In this document: positions 39,890 to 53,145 of the stretch, piece by piece
Position numbering within the stretch: position 1 is the first letter of the stretch
Layout of the letters: each line of letters opens with the position of its first letter
From: Paraspadella gotoi
Taxonomy: Eukaryota > Animalia > Chaetognatha
Assembly: GCA_051294375.1 (NCBI GenBank)
Contig: CM119268.1
Location: 11,490,200 to 11,554,199 of the forward strand
Direction of reading: 5' to 3'
Length of the DNA: 64,000 nucleotides
Notes under the pieces: model-generated
The model's input: the letters and a program-made list of their open reading frames with translations, nothing else
Told to the model about the DNA's origin: nothing
The model's database searches: none
Position numbers and translations under genes: made by a program

Positions 39890-40297
39890 TCTTCTCTCTC
39901 CTCTTCCTCCTCCCTCCTCTTATCTCTCTCTCAACGCGGACTTCCTTCGCCTCCATTTGCATCTGATTAGGTTCGCGACGAGGGGCTACTGGAACCGGGG
40001 TGGCCCATGGGCTTAGATAGATCTGGGGAGTAGGAGGTGGGGCTTCCCTCGACTCCCAAGTCGAAAAGAAAAGCTTTTCTCGGTGGGGGAGAATGTTTCT
40101 TTTGCCGGCCGCTAGGGTCTTTTTTTGGGGGAATTAAAATGACCAAGAAAAAAAAAACCGGGAGCAAGTTCGAGAAGGAGTCTACATTTGTTGAGTCGGC
40201 GGCTTTTTTTATTCGTTAGAATGAAACATAAACTTTACTGTTTTGCGAGGGAACTGTCGAGGATTTTTATCTCTCGATGGAAAGATATGGATGACAA

Positions 40298-40358
<61 letters not shown>

Positions 40359-43138
40359 GGTACCTTGAATTGGTGAATGATGAAGTATCTCCAGTGATCG
40401 TAACCGATATCACAAAGGTCTTCTTCAAAATCTTTCACTAAAAAACCGATCGTATCGACGCTGGAAAGTGAATTGGGAGTGAAGAAAGTTTATGTGAGAA
40501 AGTGAACATACGTAAAAATAAGTTAAATAGGTTGAATTAATTGTTTATGTACGTAGCAAAATTAATTTGTGTATTATTTTAATCATTGTTATTATTATTT
40601 TTTTATTATGAATTTCTTACAATGTCGTATACCTTAAACGTACTAAATAGACAAATTGAGACCGTTATCATGTCCCTCATGAAATTCGTGACACGTTCAC
40701 TCGATCTCCTCACGCACTCGCCTTTTTTTTAACCCGGTCGTCTGCCTGCCTCTCTTCCCTCAACTCTAATCAACGCTTCAAGGAAACGAAAAGTGGGGAG
40801 TGAGTTAAGGTAAGGCCGAGCGAGGCGTTGGAGGTAGGGGGCGCTTGAAGCGGAGCGGAAAAAATAAGGTAAGTCTGGTAAGTAAATTCGCAAGTGGATA
40901 AATTGCCACCTCGCTCAGAATCGTGTTGCTCTTGGCCTTCTGACTTCAAAGCCTTCCATCATCAGTAGGAACGGCTCTTTCGGCACCTGTATTTGAAGAA
41001 GTAAAAGATGCAGAAGAAGACGTTGGAGATGGAGATGGCGATGAAGTACATCGACGTCGGCGAGCGCATCCGTTGGAGGCGCCACACCACCGCGTTCAGG
41101 ATGTTGCCGATCACCTGGAGAGAAGGCCCGACGAGATACAGAGGTTGTCATTTTTTGTTTTTGTTATATAGGCGAGGGAATGTTTAAACAATTAAATTTT
41201 TAAAATCCGCGTTCCACATTTTATGGTTCGGACGGCGATGAATGACTTTTTCAAAGACTTGTTTAGAACGGAGCAAAGTTTACGGATAAATGTTAAAAAA
41301 ACTGAAACAAAATTAATGTCAAAAGAAATTAGAAAGAAGAATTAATCGAAAGGTTAAAAGGAGAAACAACTTTGAAGAACATACTACTAAAACAAAAAAG
41401 ATTAACCCAAAATGAAAAGGAAAACGTAAGTTCGAAGACCTTCTGGGCTCGTCACAAGTTTTTAAACTCATAAAAAGTTCATGCGTTCTCAACAGATGAG
41501 TGAAGAAAAACAGAATGCACCCATCGTTCATTATTTTGTTTATTTTCTTTTTTTTGGTTTCCGTAAACATTATAGGATGAAAATCGTCGTTATTCTCGTC
41601 GTCTTCGGGTCGTCTTCATCGTCATAATAGTAGTCGTCGTCGCTGGGAAAGACAAGCAAATTTTTCAATCAACTTCAACAAAAGCACAAAGTCGTTTTGA
41701 CGCCTGTCGGGAATATTGAGGAGAACACCCATGACGGAGGAGAATAGGGGGGAAAATAAAGAAGAACGCCCCACGGAGGAGAACATGGCGCGAAATGAAA
41801 ACAAGAACTCTAACCCTATACGGCTCATCGAAGGGTTAAAAAAAAAAAAAATCAAAAGCGCAGTGCGTATTAGAGTGATGTGAAAATGATAAAATTTTAG
41901 AAAATTAAAATTTAGCATATAAAACATGAAAATAAAAACTAATAAAATACTTTGGTAAATTTATTTTTTAATTTTATAAATTAGTGGGCACCAGTAATAA
42001 GTATATAATAAGTTAAAATTTCAAATTGCAAATTTTTAAATTTTAAGATCGGATTTGGATTCCTTGCAAAAAGTTGAAAGAAGAAAGTATAATTCTTTTT
42101 TAAAAATTCTTTCATTAAGTTGGTTAAAAATGTAAAAAAACTATATTTAAAATGTCGATTTTTAATTTCGAACTTAAAAATATAGTTTTTTATAATTTTA
42201 ACCTACTTCATGACATAATTTTTGAAAAAGATTTATATTTTCTTTTATCAACATTTAACGAGGAATCTGAATCTGTTCTCAGAATTTAAAAAAAAAAAAA
42301 TTAAAATTTTGACATTATATAAGCTGACTGGGCTACTATATTTGTAAAAAAAAAAATTATTACAGATTAATATTCACTAATATGATAGTTTTCAAGATAT
42401 AACTGCTAAATTTTGATTCCAAACTTTCACTTCACCCTAGTGCATATGTATACTAGGGAAAATGGAAAAAAAATCCATGAAAAACAAAAGACGGTCACTG
42501 GGAGCGAAGCCGGTGATTTACAAGAGAACCTTGCGCCTCTTAATTAGCGCATAAAAACATGAGCCTAATCAGAAAAGATGAGGTCGTCGAAGGCCGAGCT
42601 TAATAAGTCTACGGGAAAGAATACGGGTGATTGCCAGTTCATGCAAATCCTCGGCGAGCGGACCTGCCGAAACGTTGGGTTGCTCATTGCTCAATGCTTA
42701 TTCTCAAGGCTAATATGCTAATTGTTTTTACGTTGTCAATAGCGACAAGGGAAAATAAAAAACTTCGATCCAATGGTTTTTATATAAAGATTCCCTTACA
42801 TTTAATGGAGCTATCGGGGGATTTTAAATTCCATCAAAATATGTCGCAATAACTACACATCAGTGAATAATCAATTTTTCCCGCAAATGACTCAAGAATA
42901 ACGAAACAAAAAAAAACACATTAAAATAGCCTTAAAAGCTAAGACACTTTTTATGCGGCAAACTTCCTGATCGCCATTCCATATCTCCATTCGCTAAAAA
43001 TCCTTCAAGCACCATAACTCAATCTGGTCTACTCACCCCCAAAACGACAATCCCAGCGTTGACGAGATCGATAGCGATCTCCAACTTTGGGGCCGGGGAT
43101 TCGGTGAACTGTCTGCACGTCGTGTCGTTGCAATCCAT
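25578..43138 (-). CDS. class A peptide-receptor-like (FMRFamide-receptor-like) GPCR with very long C-terminal tail, ~941 aa, 13 exons
   Basis: Exons 43138-43037, 41114-40987, 40460-40364, 38917-38779, 38198-38080, 37943-37847, 37277-37033, 36753-36728 (uncertain), 35801-35722, 28431-28299, 27654-27347, 27206-26991 and 26713-25578 join in phase. TM1 LGVIGNILN, TM3 SVERYISVAKP, TM4 INIPLFFEY, TM5 FWIPFFIMLIFN, TM6 IFLVLILP, TM7 STDFLLYVIVSDKFR. Confidence 0.85.
31030..31355. repeat. purine-rich 36-bp minisatellite with alternating variants (72-bp higher-order unit)
   Basis: About 9 monomers such as GAGAAGGAGATTAGAAGGAGAGAAGGAAATGATAAT; the 12-aa periodicity is visible in ORF 31045-31317. Confidence 0.85.
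34912..35220. repeat. 79-bp tandem repeat x~4, each unit with a CGCCAAC-N9-GTTGGCG hairpin
   Basis: Near-identical units start at 34912, 34991, 35070 and 35149. Confidence 0.92.
41985..42340. mobile_element. AT-rich foldback/MITE-like imperfect palindrome in GPCR3 intron 1
   Basis: Arm ~42035-42148 aligns over >110 bp to the reverse complement of ~42178-42290 (e.g. GGATTCCTTGCAAAAAGTTGA vs AGATTCCTCGTTAAATGTTGA). Weaker symmetry extends outward. Confidence 0.65.
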
Positions 43139-43785
43139 CTTTGCCTCACTGGGACTTTTATTTATTTTTTTCTTGATGTCGATGTTTGTTTATTTCTTTT
43201 TTTATCGTCGATTTTTATTCCTCTTTCATCTGGCGAGTCTGCGCGCGCAGCTGACGAATGTTCCATCGACGCGAGGCGACGCTGATCTCGCTGAGGTAAT
43301 TTTTTTTTCTTTTTCCGTTGTGTTTGCTTTCGTTTGAGTTTTCTTTTTTGTGTTTTTTTTTCTTTCGATCTTCGTTATTTTGAGAATTGTCTCGATCCGA
43401 AATAGTGTTTTATTTTTTTTTATCGTTCTTCTTGTTTCGTGATCTGTTATTTTTTCTTGTTTATCTTTCTTCAGTGAGAGAAGCGTGAAGTCAAAAGGCG
43501 TGACGACTGACGGGAAACACCGGCGTCCAACCAGACGATATGTGAACGAAGTTGTCACTCTCTAACATTCTTTTCGATCAATCACTCACGTGCGTCACGC
43601 ACTATTTTTTTTCGATGGTACATTTGACTTTTTTTATATTTCGAACTCCAATTATTTTGTTTCAACCATTTACTTCATTCGTTCTTGGGGTCACCAGTCG
43701 AGAGAAGTAAAAAATGATTTCGATTAAGAATTTTTTATTTTATTTTATTTAATTGGTAAATAATGAGATAGGTCGGGAGAGCATG

Positions 43786-43898
<113 letters not shown>

Positions 43899-46606
43899 AA
43901 AAGAGCGAGCTGCCCTAAACAAAAAACCCCTTTATGCGTCAAGCGTCCTTTTTTCGTTTCTTATCTGGGATTTCGTATCCTTAAAAAGTTTTTCATTTTT
44001 CGAGTTTTTTACGATTGCGTATTCCAGAGGCGAAGTTGGAAAAAAAAAGCGGCGATTGAGAGGATTTCAAAGAGATTCACTTTGGTTCACGTGAGAGAAA
44101 AAGAAATCGTTCGTGAAAAATAATAAAAACATTCGTGATTCAACCTTTTTTTAGTTTTTAATTCCTCGTCATTCGGATTTCGATAACAATTTTAACTTTC
44201 AAGTCTCTATTATCAGATGATGTTCAAACAAACGCTGAGGGCAAACTGGAGGCAGCTGGGTACGAATCCGTACGTCCGTTCCTGTTCGTCTCACGTCCAT
44301 TCGAGATTCGAAAGAGTTCCCGGTGAGGTTATCGAACTCTCTCTCTATCTCTCTCCCTCGCGCCCGAGTTTCGCCCTCACCTCTTTTTTTATCATCTCTA
44401 TCGACGAAATTCTTACCCAATTAAGAGTTTTTATGTTCGATAAAAGAAAAGTTTTGAATTTACAAGTTTTTGTGTTATTTTTTGTTTATTCATGTCTTTT
44501 TTATATAAAGATCGTTTTCCCTTAAAATCCATTCGGAGAAATTTTTACAGATATTAAATTTTCCCTCCCAGTTTTACAGGAAAATTAGAATTTATATATC
44601 TTTTTAGATTTCGAACAAAAATTTTTCTTCTATGACTGGATATCGGGTTAAAAAATGTAGAGTTTATGTTGATTTAGCCGATGAGTAGTTGTTTGCTTAA
44701 CTTTGGCGTCGGAGAATATTTAGTTTTACCAATCATTATTTGTTTTTGAAATGAGTGGTCTCATCAATTAATACCTAGTAGGAATTATTCCATTTCGTTC
44801 AAACGATGTCGACTGTGGAGATATCGTGATTTGGATGTTCTTAACGAGTGGTCGTTCATTGTATTCAAAATATATTAACGAAACGCCTGAAAGAAAAAAA
44901 AATGTTTTAGATAGTAAAGTTATCATCAATTACGACGCGACCGACCGACTGAAAAGTGACTTAGAGAGTTGCGCCGCAACTAAAAAAGAGAATGAAAAAC
45001 ATTATTAAGATTTAATTCGTAGATTTTTCTTCATCCAAGAACCAGTTCATCGTCTCAGGAGGGAAGGCGAAACACATCATTTGCCTTTCGTTTTTACGAA
45101 AACAAAACAAACGGAAAAGAAAAAAAATCACGACGAACGAAAGACATTAAATTTTTAAAAGCCAGTGGCATATCTAATCATCTTTCTATTTTAAAATACA
45201 CCTAATTTATTTATAAAGAAAACTCATGTTTAGAATCATAATTCTTTTCTGTCTCGGAGGAAAAAGAAAGATAGAGAAAAAAACATTGAATGACGTCGAC
45301 GACCGTGGGACAAGAGGGTTTGGGGGTGGGGTGGGCAAGGAGGGGGGAGAATTCAAGGAAATAGAGATTATGGCAAAATGATCACGACGACGATAGCGAC
45401 GACGACGATAGCGACGACGACGATAACGACGAGCTCGAATCTAGAAGGAAGAAGATGATATCTCGGTGAGAAAGACGAACGCGACGAAGACGATGACGAA
45501 GACGAGGATAATCGTAATGACGACGACGACAGCGAAGAAAAAAAAAAGAAGTAAATGCCGCTAAATCGAGGGAGAGAATCTGAACCGGAATGAGATCGTG
45601 ATTAAATAGATGGGAGAGTTATGAGACGGAGCGCTTTAGAAAAGAGGAAGGAGGAAGGAAGGAAAGAGAAGAAGAGAGGAAACTGAAGAGGAAGAAAGGA
45701 TGCGTGAGAGAGGTAATGATAGATCGAGCATCACGTGAGTGGAAAAAGGGACCGTCAGGAATCCTTATTTTTTTTTTATCGTTTCTTTTTCGTCTGCTTT
45801 TTTTACTTTTCTACAAGGAGTTTACGATGTTTATTATTTTCCTTGCTAATTTGATCAAAATTTACTTCGAGTCGTTGTTATGTCCCTTAATTATGAATAA
45901 ATATTTTATTAATGACTAAGGTCAATTAAACATATGTATTTATCAAATTTAGGTTTTGATGTTTTGTTTTCTTTTATCGTTTCTTTCGTTCAACTGTAAG
46001 GTTCTTGAATTTTATTTTTGGCTTGCGTATGTTCTTTGAAGAAAATGTGCTCTCTGGGCTCTCTAGCGACCGAAAATTGAGAGAGAGAGAGAAGAGAGAG
46101 AGAGAGAAGAGGAGAGAGAGGAGAGACCAAGAGAGAGAGAGAGAAGAAGGAGAGGAGAAGATAGAGCCAAAGAAAAAGAGGATCAAAAGGAACATCTATC
46201 ATAGAAAGCGATATTTTCAGATGCATTAAGAAAAAAAGAAATTGGGAAAAAAAATGTGGGAGAATAATTTTCTTTTTCATCCAAAGGAAAATCGAACGAA
46301 AATTGGGAAGAGGTCATTTTTTTTTTCGTTGGCTCCAGGGTGTCGACCCCGTTTGTAATTAAAAAAAAAATGGGCCCCTTGAGAATCGGATATCTTGCAC
46401 GGATCAAATTTTAATCAACGGTTTAGTTTTACTTACATTCTTGTAAGAGATTTTTTTTCCTGAGTGATCATTAAAATACATGAAAAAATAAGAATTGTTG
46501 GATCTTTCATCGTCTTCCATCTTGGCCACACTGACAGAAACTCGGTTCGTAATTACCACCAAGACGAAACTGGAGAATGGAGAACTCTTGAGACAGAATT
46601 GTAAAC

Positions 46607-46644
<38 letters not shown>

Positions 46645-46763
46645 AAACAGTAGTTCACTTCCTCACGTCCCCGGTTGACATTCGTTGGTGATTCGCCGGT
46701 GATTCATCACCGAGACGAAAATGAGATCTGCAGATTGGAGGACATGAGACAACGGACCGCCTT

Positions 46764-47029
46764 GGGCCTTATTTTTCCAAAGCGCCCCGTTTCGTCCTAA
46801 ATTCGAAATGACTTTAGGGTTAAGGGTTAAAGTTAGAGATTAAGGTTAAAATTAATAATTAAGGTTAGGGTTAAAAACTAAATAAGGTATAGGGATTAAA
46901 GTTAAGGATTAGGTCTAAGGTTTGATAATAGATTAACATTTGGTATTTAAATTAAAATCAAAATTAGGGATAATGGAATAGGACGGAACAGATCGAACAG
47001 AAAAGGCGCGCTTTTGGAAAAGAGAGCCC
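46764..47029. mobile_element. MITE-like element with imperfect TIRs and internal degenerate (TTAGGG)n
   Basis: Left GGGCCTTATTTTTCCAAAGCGCCCC vs reverse-complemented right GGGCTCTCTTTTCCAAAAGCGCGCC. Second inverted pair GTTTCGTCCTA / TAGGACGGAAC. TTAGGG/TTAAGG hexamers at ~46814-46970. Confidence 0.55.
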
Positions 47030-47600
47030 GGACTTTCACTGACATAGAAATAAAGGAAATGAGAGAGGAATGTGCAGACCGTCTAGATGATTCTTTTTTG
47101 CTGATTGAAAGTCAATTATATAAAGGATTACAATTTATGTGTTAACAATTTCATCAATTGTCTACAAAGAATGAGCTACGTCTTACTAAATGAACGTAGG
47201 TAATGAATTCAAGATAAAAACATTTTACAAATGGCGAAAAATGAAGTGAATGTTACAAAAAAATGAAGGAAAGAAAAAGGAAAGAAATTCAAGCGACATC
47301 CTAAGCTCGTTTCATTTTCTTTTACTTTTTTTGTATTCACTTTTTGCTATTTAAAAACCGAGTTGATTTTTTTCTAAGAAACGACCCATCTACTTTCACG
47401 TAGTGTACTTTCTTACTTCCCACTTAACAGTCACTAAAACCAAAAAGAAATACAGAAAAACAGAAAAAAATGAAAAGATGATCACAAAACAGAAACAAAA
47501 GGAGAAGGTGGAGATAAGAAAAAAAGAGCGAAGAAAGAGAAAACGATAAAAGACGAAGATGAAGCCAAAAAATAGCGAGACGGTGACACACGAGTGGAAA

Positions 47601-47662
<62 letters not shown>

Positions 47663-48897
47663 TAAAAAAACCCAGAGACAAACGTATAGTAAATACGTAG
47701 GCTTTGTAATGTGTATGTGTTATGTTGGTAATATTGTTGGTAATACATAAAAAAAGAGATTTGATGATGAGAAAGTATTTTTATTAATAGCTTGGTCTGT
47801 TTTGATATATTGTCAACATTGACTCTCTTATTCGTCCGATTTTGTTACAGACTGGAGGCCATGAGAGAAGATAAAGATGGCGTCAGAGGCGATCAATCAC
47901 TCGCGTATTGGAAAAGATTTTCTCTGGAGAAGCCCGCGTTGTATCACCGGATATATTGCGCTTTCATTAGCATTCAATTATACGATCATTGGATAAAATA
48001 AATTGATAATAGTTCGACAGGGGAAAGAAGGTTAAGACTCTTAGGCAAATTAAGAGAAAGAATTAACCGGTTAAGCCATCATTTTTCCCCGAGAGGGCGC
48101 AGGGGGTGACCCAGAAGGTTGGCGAGGGGGTAAAAAACAACCTGGGTGGAAAAGGTAGTAGTGTGGGCTGAGCGAGGGGCGAATCGTTTTGATCCAACAC
48201 AGTTATGCCCCTCGATTCGGGTCATTGACCCGCCTGTCTTCTGCCGTCAACGTGCGCGGCTCACCCACAAGGATCCCCTCGGTTTTGTTTTCCGTGAACA
48301 TTTATTCTGGAGGGGGGGGGCGAAGGGGGGCAGGAGGCTGAGGGAAGGGAGGTGCGAGGCGAGAATAAGAAACATTGCCTCTTTTTTTATTTTTCTCTTT
48401 AATTTCTTTCTATTTTTTTTCTTTCACATTTTTTCAACGGCTTTCCTTTTTCCTCCATTTTGATTTCTACTACTTTCTTTTTCCGCTTAATTTCCTTCCG
48501 CTCTTTTTCTCTCTTTTATCTCTTTTATTACCTTTTTTTTCTCTCTTCGTCTTTTCCTCTTCGTATTTCGTTTTTCATTGCTTTCGTAATTGGCTCACTT
48601 TTTTATTCTAGTATTTTTCCATTATCTCTCTTTCTTTATTGTTTTAATTTTTTTAGCTAAACTTTTCTTGTACTAATCTTTTTTGATTATTTAAATATTT
48701 CCGTCCGTCTATACATACCTAAATCTCTTTTTTTTTCCTTCTTTTTCCTCGTCAATTTCTTTTCTATCTTTTTCTCCTTCCTTCTTTTTCACCTTTTCTC
48801 TCTTCTCTTCTCCCTTCCTTCTTCTTCCGCATAACGAGAGGCGTCCATCGGAATTTTCGTTCAACGACGCGCCGTTGGGAGAAGGAAAAGCCGCCAC

Positions 48898-48955
48898 AGC
48901 CGTCGCCGCCGCGTCGCCGCCGCGTCGCCGCCGCGTCGCCGCCGCGCCGCCGCCC
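48898..48955. repeat. GC-rich 11-bp tandem repeat (CGTCGCCGCCG)n in a CpG-rich patch
   Basis: About 4 direct copies visible; lies ~6 kb upstream of the GPCR3 ATG. Confidence 0.75.
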
Positions 48956-49474
48956 CCTTCCCCGTCGCCGATTCTTGTTCCTGATGTTTGTGCTGCGAAT
49001 GACAACGGAAATAGGTATTCGCAACATAAACACGACGCCCGTCGACGCCCGTCGACGCCGCGGCGAGAAAAAAATGGCCGCCTGGGTTTAATTCGCTGCA
49101 TAAACATGCGTTTCTGGATTTATTTTGAAAGAAATAAACGTTTGTTTGTCGATAAATTTATCGAGAATAATTTTAATTGCGTTTAATTCAATTGGATTCG
49201 TTCCGCCAAGAACCGATTTTGCCGTGGGGTTGAAGGGAGGGAGTAAATCGTCGCGCTCGATCGGTTTTCAAATAGGGATTTGAAGAGAAAAAAAAACGAT
49301 TGGCGGAAACGTGAGAAAGACTCACGAAGGACGTTGACTTCGCCTGCAGATGTCTTGGAACATCGATTATGATGTTTATGTGATTTGAAATTCGGGTAGC
49401 AACGACCGGATTTAAAATCGAGTGAATGCAGATATGATCGTGAAGGAGATAAAAAAAATCGGGGCGAAAGACAG

Positions 49475-49680
49475 TAATTATTTGTTAACTGTGCTGAAGT
49501 GACAGAAACCGCTTCAATATAAGCATGGTCCCTGAGTCCGTCGGATCAGCTGAAACCACCGTGTTACGGCGGGTTAAGCGCCCCGTCCCTCTTAACTGCT
49601 AGTGCGGCCACCGGGCTAAGAAGACCGGACCTTTCGGTTGGGAGGCGAAATGACTTACCTCCAGGCACCAATGGCCGGCT
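49475..49680 (-). mobile_element. tRNA-derived SINE
   Basis: Minus strand begins GCCGGCCATTGGTGCCTGGAGGTAAG (A-box-like), then an anticodon-like arm TTCGC-CTCCCAA-CCGAA, a degenerate B-box arm GGTCCGGTCTTCTTAGCCCGG and acceptor complement TGGCCG. A ~120-bp non-tRNA body and an AT-rich end follow. Confidence 0.6.
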
Positions 49681-50450
49681 GATGAACGGTTGGTTGAATT
49701 TTGAGTCCCCATACGGATTTTCCATTCTATAAGCCGTGAACATTTTTACTGACTCTGCGAATTTGTTAAGTCCAAACAGATATATTTATCGATATACCAT
49801 TTGCCGGTTTTCACTTTTCAGACCGAAATTGAGTCATCCTACATTTTTACTCTTAACAAACAAAACAAAACTAAAAATGCTACACAGAAGTGCGCTTTGC
49901 CTTCCGAGCCTGCAAAGAGATAAAGAGAAAGGAAGGTTATAAGGCTGTCATTAAAGTTCTATCGATCCTGGGAAAGTAAATATATGCGTTTGAAGAAATT
50001 TAAAAACTAAGTTTTTTTTTGTACGTAGAAATCACGTATGTTTNNNNNNNNNNNNNNNNNNNNNNNNNCAAGGAGAGGAGATCCGCGATCTTTTCTAAGG
50101 TGTCCCCACACCTAACCACTTTATCAGTTTTCGAATAAAGGACCATTGGTCTCTTTCTCTCTCTCTCTCTCCGTCTCACCTCTCAACTCGTCATCTCATC
50201 ATCTCCTCCTCTCTCTCTCTCATCATCTCCTCTCTCTCATCTCTCTCTCATGACCTGTATATACAGGTTCGACTCCAAGTTTTCTTTCAATTACTCGCTA
50301 CCTTTCCGTCACTAACGTCGGTCACAAAAGTCTTATCATAAAAAAACCTTTTGATCCATTTTTTTAACCGAAAGTTTATTTGACTTCATAAGAAATCCCC
50401 ATCGGAAAAAGTGAAAAGGTTTTTCCCATCGTGGAATTTTCTTCTCTCTC

Positions 50451-50485
<35 letters not shown>

Positions 50486-51337
50486 TTCAGGGTCCTCTCT
50501 CTCATCTCCCCATCTCCCTCTCTCTCTCTCTCTCTCACTTTCTCTCATCTCTAAGCCTCGAGGATGTTTCTTCTGAGCATCGCTTCTTTTTCCGTCCAAA
50601 AAAAATAAAGACCTCGAGGGTGAAATCTCTCAAGACGAAAAAACTGCAGCGACAGAAGTCCGTGGGAAAAGGAAAAATGCGGGAAAAATTCTCTCTCTCT
50701 CTCTCCGTCTCCTCTCTCTTCTCTCTCTCTGCTCTCCTCTCTCTCTCTCCCCTCTTCATCTTCTCTCTCCTCCATCTCTCTCTCTCTTTGGAAAAAAATC
50801 TGGTTTAGCTCAAAGGAAAAAAATTAATACAAAAACATTCCCATTAAAAACCCGGAAAAATCCAAGTGGAAAAATAAAATTCGATATTTTTGGTCAACGA
50901 ACGAAAGAGAAAAAAAAGGAGAGAGTTTCTGTTGTCATTCTGTCGATCGGTTTCCATCGCGGAGACCAAAGGGAATAAACTGGGGGTGCTGGGGGGTGGG
51001 GGGGGAAAGATTTATGGTGTTGATAAACCCATTGTCAGTTGTTGTTGTTACGAGAATCGTCAAAAGTTTGTAGTCCAAAAAAGAGTTTTACGATGAACGT
51101 TCATACACAGCGTTAGTTTCTTAAAATAAAAAACGACATGTCAGTTTTCGTCTCTGTCTCTCTCCCTCTCTCCTACCTCCATCTCCCTCGACGCAACCCA
51201 ACCTCATCAAGCATTCAATTGCAAATACGTACTTGTATTAGGGAAAACAACAGAGCGATGACCCGCCGAAGCGGAAAAAGGGTTGTGGGAGAGAGAGAGA
51301 AGAGAGAGAGTAGAGAGCGAGAGACGAGAGAAGAGAG

Positions 51338-51373
<36 letters not shown>

Positions 51374-51723
51374 CTCTTTCGAAAACTCAGCGTCCTTGCT
51401 AGCAGTAAATGGTTTTATAAAGAAATTCATGAGCCATTAATCTTTACAATATATCATGCCACTTACCTGAGTGACAAAAAACCTAAGTAATTCGAATAAC
51501 ACATTTATAATTACAGGTTTGACAAACAGACTCGTTGATACGCGTTCATACTTAGACAGCGCTTAGCTGTGTTCCTATGGAAGATCTTCTTTCGAGGCGC
51601 GAATTGTCTATGTTTCGTCCTTATGAGATTTGAACTGACGACGACTAAAAGCGTCCAGAGCGACTGTTTAATAGTTTTAATCTAGTAGACCAGTAACTGG
51701 TATTTTTCGGCTGTATTATATTC

Positions 51724-51761
<38 letters not shown>

Positions 51762-52399
51762 TTTCCGCATTTCCTTTTCCACGACTTCGTCGCTGCAGTT
51801 TTTTCGTCTTGAGAGATTTCACCCTCGGGCCNNNNNNNNNNNNNNNNNNNNNNNNNNNNNNNNNNNNNNNNNNNNNNNNNNNNNNNNNNNNNNNNNNNNN
51901 NNNNNNNNNNNNNNNNNNNNNNNNNNNNNNNNNNNNNNNNNNNNNNNNNNNNNNNNNNNNNNNNNNNNNNNNNNNNNNNNNNNNNNNNNNNNNNNNNNNN
52001 NNNNNNNNNNNNNNNNNNNNNNNNNNNNNNNNNNNNNNNNNNNNNNNNNNGGGATTTCTTATGAAGTCAAATAAACTTTCGGTAAAAAAATGATCAAAAG
52101 GTTTTTTTATTGAATGACTTCTTATGGACCCCGACTCCATGACACACCCTAAGGGTCTTTTTTCTTCCATAAATTCTTTCTTCCATTGCTATCTGTTTTT
52201 ATAAACCTATTAATTTTAAAAAGTTACATTTTTGACCGCCTGCACAACTAATGCCTTTAAACTACATAATTCTATAGTTTAAAAAAAAAATTACATTTCA
52301 TTACGCAACTGCATTCAGTACAGGCGGGAGAGGCACACTGGAAAGGTAGCAGAAATACAAGAGAAAACTGGAAAGTCGAAAACGTGTTGTAATAGAGAG

Positions 52400-52431
<32 letters not shown>

Positions 52432-52901
52432 AGAGGAGGAGAGAGGAGGGAGAGAGAGAGAGGGAGATGGAGGGAGAAGAGAGATGTGAGTGAGAGAGAT
52501 CGACGAGAGAGGAAAGCGGAGAAACGAGAAAGAGACCAAGGTCTTTATCGAAAAACTGATAAAAGTTGTGGGCGACACCTTAGAAAAAGACGACGCTTAA
52601 GGGAAATGATAATTTAATAAGACTCGCAAACAAAAAAACAAAAGAAAAAAGAAAAAAAATCTCCCTCGTTTTCTCGAACAACAGTTCCGGTACGTTGGGA
52701 ATGAAAATGAGTTTATTTCTACGCGATCCTCGTGTAAACGCATCAATTATCCGTTTCCTTCTTCCTTTCCATCAATCAACAGATGACATCCGGGAGACAA
52801 CGAAAGGAGATCTCAGGATGAACGAAGAGACTCGTTAACCATTCATTGGCTCTCTCTCTCTCTCTCTCTCTCTCCTCTCTCTATTTCTCTCTCTTCTCTC
52901 T

Positions 52902-52942
<41 letters not shown>

Positions 52943-53063
52943 ACACACAATCCTCACAATTTTCCTTTTTATCTTTAACCTCTCTAATCTCTATTCGCGG
53001 CCATTTTTTTTAAAGGTCGAGCCTTGAATCGGATTCTTCGACCGATTCTTCATCTTAGCCTCG

Positions 53064-53145
53064 CGGCCTCTTGGACTCTTTTTGTCTCTTGGCCTCTTGG
53101 ACTTTATTGACTCTTGGCCTCTCGGACTGTTTTGCCTTTAAGCCT
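53064..53145. repeat. ~25-bp tandem repeat x3 (GGCCTCTTGGACT...)
   Basis: Three degenerate direct copies visible. Confidence 0.7.

Noticed and set aside
49520-49745. Possible hammerhead (CTGATGA at ~49679) or HDV-like ribozyme
   Set aside because: No GAAA core with compatible stems I and III and no HDV P3/L3 motif; a tRNA-derived SINE on the minus strand explains the structure better.
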